The notes: a model not told the origin generated them from the sequence alone. Shown: positions 31,095 through 44,434, counted from the first letter of the stretch. The stretch is DNA of 64,000 nt from an uncultured Lachnospiraceae bacterium (GCA_946558695.1 CAMNTQ010000004.1:7567-71566); one strand, 5' to 3'. Program-made: numbers and translations.

Positions 31095-32243
31095 ATGAAA
31101 AAAAGACTTATGGCAATGCTGCTGTGTGTAGCAATGACAGCGGCAATGGTTGTCGGCTGCGGAGGCAGCGGCGGCAGCAGTGACAGCGGCGACGGCGATG
31201 CAAAAGAGGAATCATCCGAAGGCGGTGCGGCATCAGATTTGAATGTAGGAGTATTTTATTATACTTATTCTGATACTTATATCGCATCCGTACGTACAGC
31301 ACTTGACGGAAAGCTTGAAGAGAAGGGCATCACCTATCAGGATTATGATGCAAATAACAACCAGACGACACAGAATGAGCAGATCGATACAGCTATTCAG
31401 ACAGGCGCTAATCTTCTGATCGTCAATATTGTTACTTCCGGTTCTGTAGACGCTTCTACTCAGATCATCGACAAGGCAAAAGCGGCGGATATTCCGGTTA
31501 TCTTCTTTAACCGGGCTGTAGAGGATGACGATACGGAAGGCCAGGTTCTTGGAAGCTATGAGAAATGCGCGTTTGTAGGAACAGATGCTCCGGAAGCAGG
31601 ACATATGCAGGGCGCTATGATCGGCGATTACTTGGTGGAGAATTATGATAAGGTAGACCTTAACAAAGACGGGAAGATTTCCTACGCAATGTTCATGGGA
31701 CAGTTAGGAAATGCGGAAGCTATCTACCGTACACAGTACGCGGTAGAAGATGCGAACGCAAAATTAAAAGAGAACGAAAAACCGGAACTCGTATTCTTTG
31801 ACGAATCCAACACAGACAAGTATCAGGTAGACCAGGACGGCGCATGGAGCGCGGCAGCGGCAAATAACTACATGACAACGAACCTTTCCCAGTATAATGA
31901 GGGAAATAACAATATGATCGAGCTCATTATCTGCAATAATGACGGTATGGCAGAGGGCGCTATCGCGGCACTGAACGATAAAGGTTATAATCTTGGCGAA
32001 GGCAAGACAATTCCCGTATTCGGCGTAGATGCTACAGACGCGGCAAAACAGCTGATCGGCGACGGCAAGATGGTTGGTACGATCAAACAGGATGCAGACG
32101 GTATGGCAGACTGCATCGCGGCACTGACACAGAATGCGGCCGATGGCAAAGGTTTAATGGACGGTACAGATTCTTACAATAAATCCGACAAAGTTGCTAA
32201 CAAGATCTATATCCCGTACGGAACATACACAGGAGAAGAATAA
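31095..32243 (+). CDS. mglB: Galactose/glucose ABC substrate-binding lipoprotein
   Basis: Lipobox VVGC, PVIFFNR, DLNKDG calcium loop, NNDGMAEGA and FGVDA. Confidence 0.85.
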   Translation: MKKRLMAMLLCVAMTAAMVVGCGGSGGSSDSGDGDAKEESSEGGAASDLNVGVFYYTYSDTYIASVRTALDGKLEEKGITYQDYDANNNQTTQNEQIDTAIQTGANLLIVNIVTSGSVDASTQIIDKAKAADIPVIFFNRAVEDDDTEGQVLGSYEKCAFVGTDAPEAGHMQGAMIGDYLVENYDKVDLNKDGKISYAMFMGQLGNAEAIYRTQYAVEDANAKLKENEKPELVFFDESNTDKYQVDQDGAWSAAAANNYMTTNLSQYNEGNNNMIELIICNNDGMAEGAIAALNDKGYNLGEGKTIPVFGVDATDAAKQLIGDGKMVGTIKQDADGMADCIAALTQNAADGKGLMDGTDSYNKSDKVANKIYIPYGTYTGEE

Positions 32244-32261
32244 AAACTGTTAAATATGGAG

Positions 32262-32293
32262 AGCGGCAGCCAACAGGTTGGCGGCCGCTTTTT
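32262..32293 (+). terminator. Stem-loop or attenuating terminator after mglB
   Basis: AGCGGCAGCCAA...TTGGCGGCCGCT followed by TTTT. Confidence 0.65.
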
Positions 32294-32333
32294 ATCAAGT
32301 GAGGGATATCTAACAAAGAATGGAGGACAGGTT

Positions 32334-33833
32334 ATGGAGCATGAAGTTCTTTTGCAGATGAATAATATCAGCAAAGAGTTTCCCGGGGTCAAGGCGTTGG
32401 ATAATGTTTCTCTGACAGTAAAAAAGGGAACGGTACACGCGCTGATGGGAGAGAACGGAGCCGGAAAATCCACGCTGATGAAGTGCCTGTTTGGAATATA
32501 TAACCGGGACAGCGGTACGATCGCTCTTGAGGGGAAAGAAGTTAACTTTAAAAATTCAAAAGAAGCGCTGGATAACGGCGTCGCCATGGTTCACCAGGAA
32601 CTGAACCAGGCGCTGAAGCGCAATGTTATGGACAATATCTGGCTGGGGCGTTATCCGAAGATCGGCGGTGTTATGGTAAATGAGAAGAAGATTTATCAGG
32701 ACACCCTTGATGTGTTTAAAGAACTGGAGATTGACGTTGATCCTAAGAGGATCATGAGTACGATGCCGGTATCCCAGAGACAGATGGTAGAGATTGCGAA
32801 AGCAGTTTCTTTTAATTCGAAAATTATCGTGCTGGATGAGCCGACTTCATCTCTGACAGAAGAAGAAGTTGAGCATTTGTTTAAAATTATAAATATGCTG
32901 CGGGACCGCGGCGTGGGTATCATCTACATCTCCCACAAGATGGCCGAGATAAAGCGGATATCGGATGAGATTACGATTATGCGCGACGGGACATGGGTGG
33001 CGACGGAAAAGTCGGACGATTTGTCTATGGATGATATTATCCGCCTGATGGTAGGGCGCGAATTGAGCAATCAGTTCCCGCCGAAGACGAATTCTCCGGG
33101 TGAGGTTGCGCTGGAGGTAGAAAATCTGACAGCGCAGTATTCCCTTCTTAAAGACGTTTCATTTAAGGTGAGAAAAGGAGAGATTGTCGGCCTTGCGGGA
33201 CTTGACGGAAGCGGGCGTACAGAGACGCTGGAAAATATATTTGGGGTCGCGACAAGAAAGTCAGGGACAATTAAACTGGACGGAAAAACGGTATTAAACC
33301 GCAACGCGCGGGAATCCATCAAAAACGGTTTTGCGCTTCTTACGGAAGAGAGACGCGCGACGGGGATTTTCGGAATACTGAACATACGGGAGAATACGGT
33401 TATCTCCAGTCTTGGGAAACATAAAAAAGCAGGCGTTTATCTAAGCGAAAAGTCTATGAAACATGATACGCAGTGGTCTATTGATGTCATGCACACAAAA
33501 ACGCCGACGCAGGAGACAAAGATTCGGGCATTATCCGGCGGCAACCAGCAGAAGGTTATTCTCGGCAGGTGGCTTTTGACAGATCCTGAGGTGCTTTTAC
33601 TGGATGAGCCGACAAGAGGTATTGACGTCGGCGCGAAATATGAGATCTACCAGTTGATTCTTGATCTGGCGAATAAAGGAAAAGTCGTAATGGTAGTTTC
33701 GTCCGAGATGCCGGAGCTTCTCGGTATCTGCGACAGGATCCTCGTAATGTCAGGGGGGCGTCTGGCAGGCGAGGTTGACGCGCAGAACACGACACAGGAA
33801 GAAATCATGACCCTAGCGGCAAAATATGTATAG
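32334..33833 (+). CDS. mglA: Galactoside ABC transporter ATP-binding protein
   Basis: [31 protein letters not shown] and LSGGNQQKV. Confidence 0.92.
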   Translation: MEHEVLLQMNNISKEFPGVKALDNVSLTVKKGTVHALMGENGAGKSTLMKCLFGIYNRDSGTIALEGKEVNFKNSKEALDNGVAMVHQELNQALKRNVMDNIWLGRYPKIGGVMVNEKKIYQDTLDVFKELEIDVDPKRIMSTMPVSQRQMVEIAKAVSFNSKIIVLDEPTSSLTEEEVEHLFKIINMLRDRGVGIIYISHKMAEIKRISDEITIMRDGTWVATEKSDDLSMDDIIRLMVGRELSNQFPPKTNSPGEVALEVENLTAQYSLLKDVSFKVRKGEIVGLAGLDGSGRTETLENIFGVATRKSGTIKLDGKTVLNRNARESIKNGFALLTEERRATGIFGILNIRENTVISSLGKHKKAGVYLSEKSMKHDTQWSIDVMHTKTPTQETKIRALSGGNQQKVILGRWLLTDPEVLLLDEPTRGIDVGAKYEIYQLILDLANKGKVVMVVSSEMPELLGICDRILVMSGGRLAGEVDAQNTTQEEIMTLAAKYV

Positions 33834-33847
33834 AGGAGGCCGGTTAA

Positions 33848-34918
33848 ATGAAAGCAATTGCTAATTTGAAAACACGCTACGCCAATTATCAGGCGCTTGA
33901 CAGTAAAGACAAAACGACATATTGGAAAGAGTCACTGCTTAACAACGCGATGTATCTGATCATCATCGTCGCGGTTATCTATACAGCGGTGCATAATCCA
34001 AAATTTTTAACAGTATCATCTATTGTAAACATTATTTCATTGTCTGCCGCTAATATTCCGATCGCGGTAGGTATTGCGGGAACTATCGTACTTACAGGAA
34101 CCGACCTTTCGGCAGGAAGGGTGGTAGGATTAACGGCATGTATTTCCGCATCGCTTCTTCAGGCTACGACTTACGCGACGAAGATTTTCCCGAATCTTCC
34201 GGTTATGCCGATACCGCTGGTAATTCTTATCGTACTTGCGGTAGGAGCCGTTGTAGGTCTTGTGAACGGTTTCTTTGTAGCGCACTTTAAGCTGCATCCG
34301 TTCATTGTTACGCTGGCGACGCAATTGATCGTGTATGGTATACTGCTTATGTATATCATGCTCAACGGCAATAACGGACAGCCGTTATCAGGTCTTGACC
34401 AGTCATTCAAAGATTTTGTTACCGGCCATATCGTAAAGATCGGCAGCGTCCCGATTCCGAATTATGTATGGTTCGCGGTCGTTGTTATTATATTTATGTG
34501 GTTCGTATGGAATAAGACATCTTTCGGAAAGAACATGTTTGCGGTCGGATCCAACCCGGAGGCTGCGAACGTGTCCGGCGTTAATGTCGCGAAGACGACA
34601 ATCCTTGTACATACACTTGCGGGAGCAATGTACGGAATTACAGGTTTTATTGAGTCCGCGCGTATCGGTTCCAACCAGGCGGGAACAGGACTTAACTATG
34701 AATGTGACGCGATTGCGGCCTGCGTTATCGGCGGCGTATCCTTTGTAGGAGGTACCGGTAAGATCAGCGGTGTTGTAATGGGTGTATTTGTCCTACGTAT
34801 TATCTTTGTTGCTCTTAATTTCCTGTCTATTAATATGAATATGCAGTATGTAATAAAAGGACTTATCATATTGTTTGCCTGTGCGATAGATATGAGAAAA
34901 TATCTTGTTCGCAAATAA
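33848..34918 (+). CDS. mglC: Galactoside ABC permease
   Basis: GTDLSAGR, HPFIVTL and DAIAACVIGGVSF. Confidence 0.9.
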   Translation: MKAIANLKTRYANYQALDSKDKTTYWKESLLNNAMYLIIIVAVIYTAVHNPKFLTVSSIVNIISLSAANIPIAVGIAGTIVLTGTDLSAGRVVGLTACISASLLQATTYATKIFPNLPVMPIPLVILIVLAVGAVVGLVNGFFVAHFKLHPFIVTLATQLIVYGILLMYIMLNGNNGQPLSGLDQSFKDFVTGHIVKIGSVPIPNYVWFAVVVIIFMWFVWNKTSFGKNMFAVGSNPEAANVSGVNVAKTTILVHTLAGAMYGITGFIESARIGSNQAGTGLNYECDAIAACVIGGVSFVGGTGKISGVVMGVFVLRIIFVALNFLSINMNMQYVIKGLIILFACAIDMRKYLVRK

Positions 34919-34950
34919 ACAGGGCAGATACAGTTATAAAAATTAACGGG

Positions 34951-34994
34951 GCGCCGCCTCATAGATAAATATTTATCTATGAGGCGGCGCTTTT
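34951..34994 (+). terminator. Perfect 40-bp palindrome plus T-run; terminator of mglBAC
   Basis: GCGCCGCCTCATAGATAAAT|ATTTATCTATGAGGCGGCGC followed by TTTT. Confidence 0.85.
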
Positions 34995-35016
34995 ATTTTT
35001 GGCGGAAATTCAGAAT

Positions 35017-35054
35017 ATTAAATTTAAGATATATGCATTAAATTTTTGATATAT
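35017..35054 (+). promoter_or_regulatory. 18-bp direct repeat upstream of an AraC regulator
   Basis: ATTAAATTTAAGATATAT and ATTAAATTTTTGATATAT at 20-bp spacing. Confidence 0.45.
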
Positions 35055-35122
35055 ATTAATAATAAAGAATGGTATGATGAATAACCAAATAATAAGGAAG
35101 GTATTGAACGGGAGAATCGATA

Positions 35123-36373
35123 TTGGAATTACATTTTATCTGTAATCACATTTTGCGGACAACACATGCACAGATCAGAGAGTACAAGGTTGTGGAAGAG
35201 GACAGGTTTGAACTGATTAACTATTACGGAGACGATATCCGGGGAGATGCGATCAGTTCTGATGCCGAATTTGCGCAGAAAATCTTTTGTGTCGGTATAA
35301 AAGAATATCCAGTTATATATGTTGAGGAGTATCCGGTGTATTATGCAGTGATATATTGTTCGCCGGCTTGTTTTATTATAGGCCCGGTAAACGTGGAACA
35401 GCAGCAGCTATACCGGGAGGGTATGACTGTGCAGAATTATCTTGCGCGGCAGCACAGGATGAGTGACTTGAAGATTCCGTATTGTGAATATGAAACGTTT
35501 TGCCAGGAAGTATTGCTGTTATTCTATGCGCTGACGGGGAAAGAAATGTCGTATAAGGAGTTGAATGATAAAAATTTTGTGACGGAGGATCTGCTTGATT
35601 CGATGACAAAGAAAAAAAGCAGGCTTTTCTTTGATTATCATGAATATTACCGGGTGCATAATCCATACAGTCTGGAAGCAAGGACAATGGAGGGGATACG
35701 TAAGGGCGATGTTGAGAGAGTGAAAAAAAGTCTTGATGAAACTTTTGTGGGTGAATATGGAGTTTTGTCGAAGAATGCATTGCAAAGCGCTAAAAATCTG
35801 GGTATCGTAGGACTGGCATTAGCTTCGCGGGCAGCGATTGAGGGCGGAATGCCGTATGAAGAGGCGTTCTCTCTTAACGACAGTCAGATTCTTAAGCTTG
35901 AAGAGATAAATAATATCGGAGAGGTGGAGGTAATGATCCGCCAAGGGAAGATTCATTTCGCAGAGATTGTACGTGATCTGAGAAATGACAGCAATAAGAA
36001 GAAAAATCCGCTTGTAGAAGAGTGTAAGAATTTGATTTTCAGGAAAATGCATTCAAAGATAGCTGTTAGGGAACTTGCGGAAGAGTTGGATGTATCGATT
36101 GAATATTTGTCCGCGTTGTTTCGGAAGACAGAAGGTGTATGTATCAAAGATTATATTATGAATCAAAAGATGCAGCTTGCTGAAAATCTGTTGATCTATT
36201 CAGAATATTCTATTGAGCAGATCGGATTGTATCTGGGATTCAGTTCCCAGAGTCACTTTGGGGCAATGTTTAAAAAATATGAAAATATGACGCCGAAACA
36301 ATACAGAGATGTCTATGCCAAAAAAGAATTTCAAGAAATAACTAAAAATATGACAAACACCATAAAAAGCTGA
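35123..36373 (+). CDS. AraC-family transcriptional regulator
   Basis: TTG start with GGGAG RBS; SRAAIEGG; C-terminal HTH (YLSALFRK, LGFSSQSHF). Confidence 0.9.
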   Translation: MELHFICNHILRTTHAQIREYKVVEEDRFELINYYGDDIRGDAISSDAEFAQKIFCVGIKEYPVIYVEEYPVYYAVIYCSPACFIIGPVNVEQQQLYREGMTVQNYLARQHRMSDLKIPYCEYETFCQEVLLLFYALTGKEMSYKELNDKNFVTEDLLDSMTKKKSRLFFDYHEYYRVHNPYSLEARTMEGIRKGDVERVKKSLDETFVGEYGVLSKNALQSAKNLGIVGLALASRAAIEGGMPYEEAFSLNDSQILKLEEINNIGEVEVMIRQGKIHFAEIVRDLRNDSNKKKNPLVEECKNLIFRKMHSKIAVRELAEELDVSIEYLSALFRKTEGVCIKDYIMNQKMQLAENLLIYSEYSIEQIGLYLGFSSQSHFGAMFKKYENMTPKQYRDVYAKKEFQEITKNMTNTIKS

Positions 36374-36479
36374 TATAAAAACGCACAAAAAACAATTATT
36401 ATAAAAGATATGGCAGACAATTTGGTGCTACAATACGAAATTGTCAAAAATACACAAAATAACAAAAAGGAGGACACGT

Positions 36480-37862
36480 ATGAAAAAGAGAATTTTAAGC
36501 AGTATTTTGTGTGTGATGCTGGCAGCATCAATGTTAGTAGGATGCGGCGGCGGATCTTCTGACAGCGGCAGCAGCAGCGGTGATGATGCGGCGGCGGAAG
36601 AAAGCGGCGGCGGCGAAGACGGTATGACGGAAGGTAAGAATACCTTTGTTGACGGAGGTACAGACCTTTCACTCTGGACATTCCAGGAGCTGCACGTAGG
36701 TTTCTATACTACGATGGCGGATCTTTGGAATAAAGAAAATCCGGACAACCCGATCAACCTTACTGTAACGACTGGTGAATCACACTCCTTGCAGAGCAAG
36801 CTTCTTGTAGCATGTCAGGCAGGAGAGGGTACGCCGGATATCGCTGATATCGAAGTTGGATACTATGGTTCTTTCTTGAAGGACGGCTATCTGCTTCCGC
36901 TGAATGATGTTGTTGAGCCATATCAGGATGAGATCGTTATGTCTCGTGTTAAGATGTACGGCAACGAAAAGGACTGGTACGGCGTTGACTTCCACCTTGG
37001 AGCATCTGTATGTTATTACAATATGGACATCATGAAGGAAGCTGGCGTTGACCCGGCTACGATTGTTACATGGGATGACTATATGGCGGCAGGAAAGACT
37101 GTTCTTGAGAAGACTGGCAAGCCGATGTGTGCGGTTGAGACTTCTGACCTTTTCCTTCCTCAGTTGATGATGCTTGAGAAAGGCAAACAGTATGTGGATG
37201 ATTCCGGCAAACCGGATATCAATACGAAGGAACATGCAGAGACGATCGAGTTCATCAGAGAGATGATCAAAGCTGGCGTCTGCGAGGTTGCTCCTGGCGG
37301 CGGTTTCCATACAGAAGAGTGGTATGGACACTTAAACAGCGGCGGAGTTGCGTCTCTTGCAATGCCTCTGTGGTATATGGGACGTTTCACAGATTATTGT
37401 CCGGACCTTAAGGGCAAGATGGCAATCTATGAGATTCCTGTATGGAACGAAGGAGATACACGTGAAGTTCTTCAGGGCGGTACAGGTACATCCGTATTGA
37501 AGTTTACAGAAAAAGAACAGCTTGCAAAAGACTTCTTGGCATTTGCAAAACTGTCAGAAGAAGGAAACAAATATGAGTGGAATGAGCTTGGATTTGATCC
37601 GATCAGAACTTCCCTGTGGGATGATCCGGAGATTACTGAGAATAAGGATAACAAATTCCTTCAGTATTTCGCGACAAATCCGTTTGATATTATCAAGAAG
37701 AACGGCACGGATTTAACTGCTCCGAATATTGCAGGCGGATATTCCGCGACATACAGTGTTCTGGTATCCACAACATATGCAAACGCATTTGAGGGAGATC
37801 TGGAAACTCCGGCAGCTGATATGCTTGAAACAGAACAGGCTACAATCATTTACGATGAATAA
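36480..37862 (+). CDS. araN: Arabino-oligosaccharide ABC substrate-binding lipoprotein (AraN-like)
   Basis: Lipobox LVGC, WTFQELH, PDIADIE, MPLWYMGRF and GGTGT. Confidence 0.85.
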   Translation: MKKRILSSILCVMLAASMLVGCGGGSSDSGSSSGDDAAAEESGGGEDGMTEGKNTFVDGGTDLSLWTFQELHVGFYTTMADLWNKENPDNPINLTVTTGESHSLQSKLLVACQAGEGTPDIADIEVGYYGSFLKDGYLLPLNDVVEPYQDEIVMSRVKMYGNEKDWYGVDFHLGASVCYYNMDIMKEAGVDPATIVTWDDYMAAGKTVLEKTGKPMCAVETSDLFLPQLMMLEKGKQYVDDSGKPDINTKEHAETIEFIREMIKAGVCEVAPGGGFHTEEWYGHLNSGGVASLAMPLWYMGRFTDYCPDLKGKMAIYEIPVWNEGDTREVLQGGTGTSVLKFTEKEQLAKDFLAFAKLSEEGNKYEWNELGFDPIRTSLWDDPEITENKDNKFLQYFATNPFDIIKKNGTDLTAPNIAGGYSATYSVLVSTTYANAFEGDLETPAADMLETEQATIIYDE

Positions 37863-37896
37863 GCTGAATATAGCATGATGATATTGTAGGGTAGAG

Positions 37897-37931
37897 ATGG
37901 AAGGCGTATTGAACAATGCGCCTTCCATTTT
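37897..37931 (+). terminator. Stem-loop after the binding-protein gene
   Basis: ATGGAAGGCGTATTG-AA-CAATGCGCCTTCCAT followed by TTT. Confidence 0.75.
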
Positions 37932-37970
37932 AAAATTAGTTATCGTAAAAAAAGAAATGGAGATAGAACT

Positions 37971-38873
37971 ATGGAAAAAAAGAGCGTTTTCAAGCGCTTT
38001 CTGTATTCTCAGAAGGCAGCGCCATATGTGTTTATCCTCCCGTTTGTATTAACGTTTTTTGTTTTCTTTGCTTATCCGATCGTTAGCACGATCATGATGA
38101 GTTTTCAGAGAGTTGCGGGAGATAATACTACTTTTGTCGGACTGAAGAATTATAAAACATTGATGAATCCCGTGTTTTACAAAAGTTTGAAGAACAGTAT
38201 CTTTTATATGATCGTAAGTTGTGCACTGATGATTCCGATTCCTATGATCTTGGCTACTATGCTGAACAGTAAGCATATGCGTGCAAAAGGTTTTTTCAGA
38301 AGTATGATGTTTGTTCCGGCTCTTACGTCAGTTGTAGTAGCGGGCGTTATGTTTCGTCTGATGTTCGGCGAGCTGGAAGGTTCGTTCATGAATCAGGTTG
38401 TCAGTTATTTCGGCGCGGATCCGGTAGTGTGGCTGAGAAAGCCGGCGACAGTCTGGATTGCGCTGTTCGTACTCTGCCTGTGGCGCTGGACGGGAGTTAA
38501 TATGATGTATTATCTGTCTGGGCTGCAGCAGATATCAGGGGATCTGTACGAGTCTGCAAGCATTGACGGAGCTACATCTATTCAGCAGTTCCGTTTTATT
38601 ACGCTTCCCCTTTTGAAGCCTACAACGATCTATGTATTGACGATTTCCATATTCGCTGGTCTGGCAATGTTTACAGAATCGTACCTGTTGTTTAACGGAA
38701 ATAAATCGCCGAACAATGTGGGTACGACGATCGTAGGATATCTGTACCGTATGGGTATGGAGCAGAATAATATCGGGATCGGTTCTGCGATCGGCGTATT
38801 GCTTCTTATTATTGTTATGGTTATCAATGTGATTCAGCTTGCGCTGAACGGTACATTTAAGAAAGGGGAATAG
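37971..38873 (+). CDS. araP: Carbohydrate ABC permease (AraP-like)
   Basis: APYVFILP, WRWTG and EAA loop LYESASIDGA. Confidence 0.85.
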   Translation: MEKKSVFKRFLYSQKAAPYVFILPFVLTFFVFFAYPIVSTIMMSFQRVAGDNTTFVGLKNYKTLMNPVFYKSLKNSIFYMIVSCALMIPIPMILATMLNSKHMRAKGFFRSMMFVPALTSVVVAGVMFRLMFGELEGSFMNQVVSYFGADPVVWLRKPATVWIALFVLCLWRWTGVNMMYYLSGLQQISGDLYESASIDGATSIQQFRFITLPLLKPTTIYVLTISIFAGLAMFTESYLLFNGNKSPNNVGTTIVGYLYRMGMEQNNIGIGSAIGVLLLIIVMVINVIQLALNGTFKKGE

Positions 38874-38875
38874 AC

Positions 38876-39712
38876 ATGCAAAGTAAAAATAAAGTATTAT
38901 CGGTTCTCCTGTTTATATTTTTTGCTATTGTTATAGCGATTACGATGCTGCCGCTGATTCTTCTTCTGGCATCATCCTTCCGGCCGGGTTCCGACCTTAT
39001 GCGTTACGGGCTTAACTTTGATATTGATTGGGCAACGGCCAATATGAACAATTATAAGCTTTTGTTCAGCGGCCAGAATAATTATTTTAACTGGTATAAA
39101 AACAGTCTGCTCATTACAGTGATTCAGGTTGTGCTTGCATTGTTCTTAAGCGCTTGTGTAGGATACGGCTTTGCAATGTATGACTTTAAACTTAAAAATG
39201 CGGCGTTTGCCTGCGTACTTCTTGTTATGATGATTCCTACGGAAGTTATTATCCTTCCGTTATACCGTCTGATCATAGGTATGGGAATCATGGATAGTAT
39301 GTGGGGTATCATGCTGCCGTACATAGTGGCGCCCATGCTGATTTTCTTCTTTCGGCAATATCTGTCGGGTATATCGAAGGAATTTCTGGATGCGGCGCGT
39401 GTAGACGGCTGTACAGAGTACGGAATCTTTTTCCGCATCATGGTGCCTTTGATGAAACCATCCTTTGCAGCGATGGGTATCTATCAGGGTATGTCAAGTT
39501 GGAATAACTTCCTGTGGCCGATGATCGTTATGCGTTCGCAGTCTAAGATCACATTGCCGGTAGGCTTGCAGAGTCTGATGTCACCTTATGGCAATAATTA
39601 TGATATATTGATTGCGGGTTCCTGCTTTGCGATCATACCTATTTTGATATTATTTGTATGTTTCCAGTCTTACTTCATTGAAGGTATGACAGCAGGAGGC
39701 GTTAAAGGATAG
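38876..39712 (+). CDS. araQ: Carbohydrate ABC permease (AraQ-like)
   Basis: DAARVDG, WNNFLWP and GMTAGGVKG. Confidence 0.85.
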   Translation: MQSKNKVLSVLLFIFFAIVIAITMLPLILLLASSFRPGSDLMRYGLNFDIDWATANMNNYKLLFSGQNNYFNWYKNSLLITVIQVVLALFLSACVGYGFAMYDFKLKNAAFACVLLVMMIPTEVIILPLYRLIIGMGIMDSMWGIMLPYIVAPMLIFFFRQYLSGISKEFLDAARVDGCTEYGIFFRIMVPLMKPSFAAMGIYQGMSSWNNFLWPMIVMRSQSKITLPVGLQSLMSPYGNNYDILIAGSCFAIIPILILFVCFQSYFIEGMTAGGVKG

Positions 39713-39721
39713 GGTTTTAGT

Positions 39722-40690
39722 ATGAGTAAAAATCACGAGTTACAATATAATTGCATATGGATTCCGCAGAGAGCGGATCCATATGTGTACAGGCATATGG
39801 ATGGAACGTACTATTTTACCGCATCTGTTCCGGAATATGACCGGATCGTTTTAAGACGGGCAAAGAGTCTTACGGATTTGCCTGAGGCAGAAGAATATAC
39901 GATATGGGTAAAGCATGAAGAAGGACCTATGAGTGAACATATCTGGGCCCCGGAGCTTCATTATCTTGAGGGAAGATGGTATATCTACTATTCCGGAGGA
40001 GACAAGGATGACGTATGGGAAATACGTCCGTATGTGCTGGAATGTGCCGATGAAGATCCGATTACGGGGAAATGGGTTGAAAAAGGGAAGATGCAAAGAG
40101 CGGATGAAGATCCTTTTTCTTTTGAGGATTTCTCACTGGACGGTACAGTTTTTGAAAATAGGGGAAAGCATTATTATGTGTGGTCGGAAAAGGTAAGCGT
40201 CGGCAGAAAGATCGCGAACCTGTATATTGCTGAGATGGAATCTCCATGTAAGCTTAAAACGGCCCAGGTGCTTATTACTACTCCGGATTATGATTGGGAG
40301 AGGGAAGGATTTTGGGTAAATGAAGGGCCGTTTGTTATCAAAAATGATGAGGGTCAATTATTCCTTACTTATTCTGCCAGTGAGACAGGAATTTTTTATT
40401 GCGTAGGAATGCTGACGGCAGAAGCTGACAGTGATCTTACGGACCCTCTGTCGTGGAAAAAATCAAGATATCCTGTCCTTTGTACAGATGAGGCGAAGGG
40501 GATCTATGGACCGGGGCATAATTGCTTTACGAAGCTTCCTGACGGAACTGATATCATGGTTTATCACGCGCGGCTTGAGAAAGAGATCATCGGGGATCCG
40601 CTGTATAATCCCAACAGACACGCAATGCTGATGAAAGTCGGCTGGGAGAGAATAGACGGAGTGAAGACGCCGGTATTTAAATATGAATAG
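39722..40690 (+). CDS. GH43 glycoside hydrolase, probable alpha-L-arabinofuranosidase
   Basis: QRADP, WAPELH, SLDG, VNEGP, YSAS and GPGHN. Confidence 0.92.
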   Translation: MSKNHELQYNCIWIPQRADPYVYRHMDGTYYFTASVPEYDRIVLRRAKSLTDLPEAEEYTIWVKHEEGPMSEHIWAPELHYLEGRWYIYYSGGDKDDVWEIRPYVLECADEDPITGKWVEKGKMQRADEDPFSFEDFSLDGTVFENRGKHYYVWSEKVSVGRKIANLYIAEMESPCKLKTAQVLITTPDYDWEREGFWVNEGPFVIKNDEGQLFLTYSASETGIFYCVGMLTAEADSDLTDPLSWKKSRYPVLCTDEAKGIYGPGHNCFTKLPDGTDIMVYHARLEKEIIGDPLYNPNRHAMLMKVGWERIDGVKTPVFKYE

Positions 40691-40704
40691 GAAAGGATAT
40701 TGAG

Positions 40705-42198
40705 GTGAAATTATATATCAACGGACAGCGAAAGATCGGGACAAGAGATAGTATGATTTACGGACACTTTATCGAGCATTTCCACCGTCAGATCTACGGC
40801 GGAGTGTATGATCCGGATAATTCTCTGTCGGATGAGGACGGGCTTCGTATGGATGTACTGGAAGCCATGCGAAAGATAAAGGTTCCGATACTGAGATGGC
40901 CTGGAGGTTGTTTTGTGTCCTCTTACCACTGGAAAGATGCGGTAGGTGATAGCAGGACTCCCTTTTTTGATAAGGCATGGAGAGTAGAAGATCCGAATTC
41001 CTTTGGGACGGATGAGTATATCCGGCTGTGCAGGAAGATTGGCTGTGAGCCATATATCTGTACAAACGCAGGAACGGGCACGGCGGAAGAGATGAGCGAC
41101 TGGGTAGAATACTGTAATCTGGAGCACGAAGGGCGATATGCAAAATGGCGGATTGCTAACGGCTGTCCAAAACCCTATAAGGTAAAGTATTGGAGCGTCG
41201 GAAATGAGAACTATGGCTTTTGGGAAATCGGCGCCAAATCAGCCGAAGAGTGGAGCCGGCTTGTGGCAGAATCTTCTAAGATGATCAAGCATGTGGATCC
41301 AAATACAGAGCTTACCGCTGCAGCGCTTACGGATCTGGACTGGAATATAAAGCTTTTAAGAAGCAGCGCGCAGTTCCTTGATTGGATATCCATTCATGAA
41401 TATTGGGACGGTATTCACCAGACCAATGATTATGCCGATTATGGGGCGGTTATGGCTTATACAAACCGGACGGAGCATTCTATAGCGGAAGTCCGGGGAC
41501 TTCTGACGGCTATGAAGCTGGATAAAAGGATTAAGATTGCCTTTGATGAATGGAACTTAAGAGGATGGTATCACCCGAATGTCCATACGGTTGAACAGGG
41601 GCGGACGAAAGAAGACTATCTGTATCCCCGCGATAAAAACGATGATAACAGTAAATATACCATGGCGGATGCGGTATTTACCGCCTGTTTCCTGAATGCG
41701 CTGAATCGTAACTGTGATATTGTGGGCATGGCGAACTTTGCGCCGATCGTCAATACAAGAGGATGTATCTATACATATAAGGAAGGAATCGTACTGCGCA
41801 GTACGTATCATGTATTTGATTTATACGTTAATTATATGGGAGATGTCGTCCTTGATTCATGGTGCGAAGATATGGACAGGATGTGCGTGCAAAACAAAGC
41901 AGGCGGGGCTGAAGAGACGGATGTTTTAGATATTGTTGCGACATCGTTCAGCGATAAATCCGGCTATGCGATCGCAGTAGTGAATAAAGAACCGGCAGAG
42001 AGCAAGAAACTGGCGATAGATCTTGAAGCATCCGGCGATGTACGTATGTATTACATTTCCGGAAAAAGCACGGAGAGCTATAATGATATTGACCGTGAAG
42101 ATATAGTGATACAATGCGAAGAGTTAGGCACATATATCCCCGGAATGGAGATAACGCTGAAAGCCCATATGGCGGGAGTAATTCAGATCGGCGTATAG
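40705..42198 (+). CDS. GH51 alpha-L-arabinofuranosidase
   Basis: YGHFIEH, RWPGGCF, VGNE and FDEWN. Confidence 0.93.
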   Translation: MKLYINGQRKIGTRDSMIYGHFIEHFHRQIYGGVYDPDNSLSDEDGLRMDVLEAMRKIKVPILRWPGGCFVSSYHWKDAVGDSRTPFFDKAWRVEDPNSFGTDEYIRLCRKIGCEPYICTNAGTGTAEEMSDWVEYCNLEHEGRYAKWRIANGCPKPYKVKYWSVGNENYGFWEIGAKSAEEWSRLVAESSKMIKHVDPNTELTAAALTDLDWNIKLLRSSAQFLDWISIHEYWDGIHQTNDYADYGAVMAYTNRTEHSIAEVRGLLTAMKLDKRIKIAFDEWNLRGWYHPNVHTVEQGRTKEDYLYPRDKNDDNSKYTMADAVFTACFLNALNRNCDIVGMANFAPIVNTRGCIYTYKEGIVLRSTYHVFDLYVNYMGDVVLDSWCEDMDRMCVQNKAGGAEETDVLDIVATSFSDKSGYAIAVVNKEPAESKKLAIDLEASGDVRMYYISGKSTESYNDIDREDIVIQCEELGTYIPGMEITLKAHMAGVIQIGV

Positions 42199-42216
42199 AG
42201 ACAGGGAGGAGACCAG

Positions 42217-44390
<2,174 letters not shown>

Positions 44391-44434
44391 AGAATGGAAA
44401 GAAGAAAGGGATTATACAGGTAGGAGGCAGGAGA

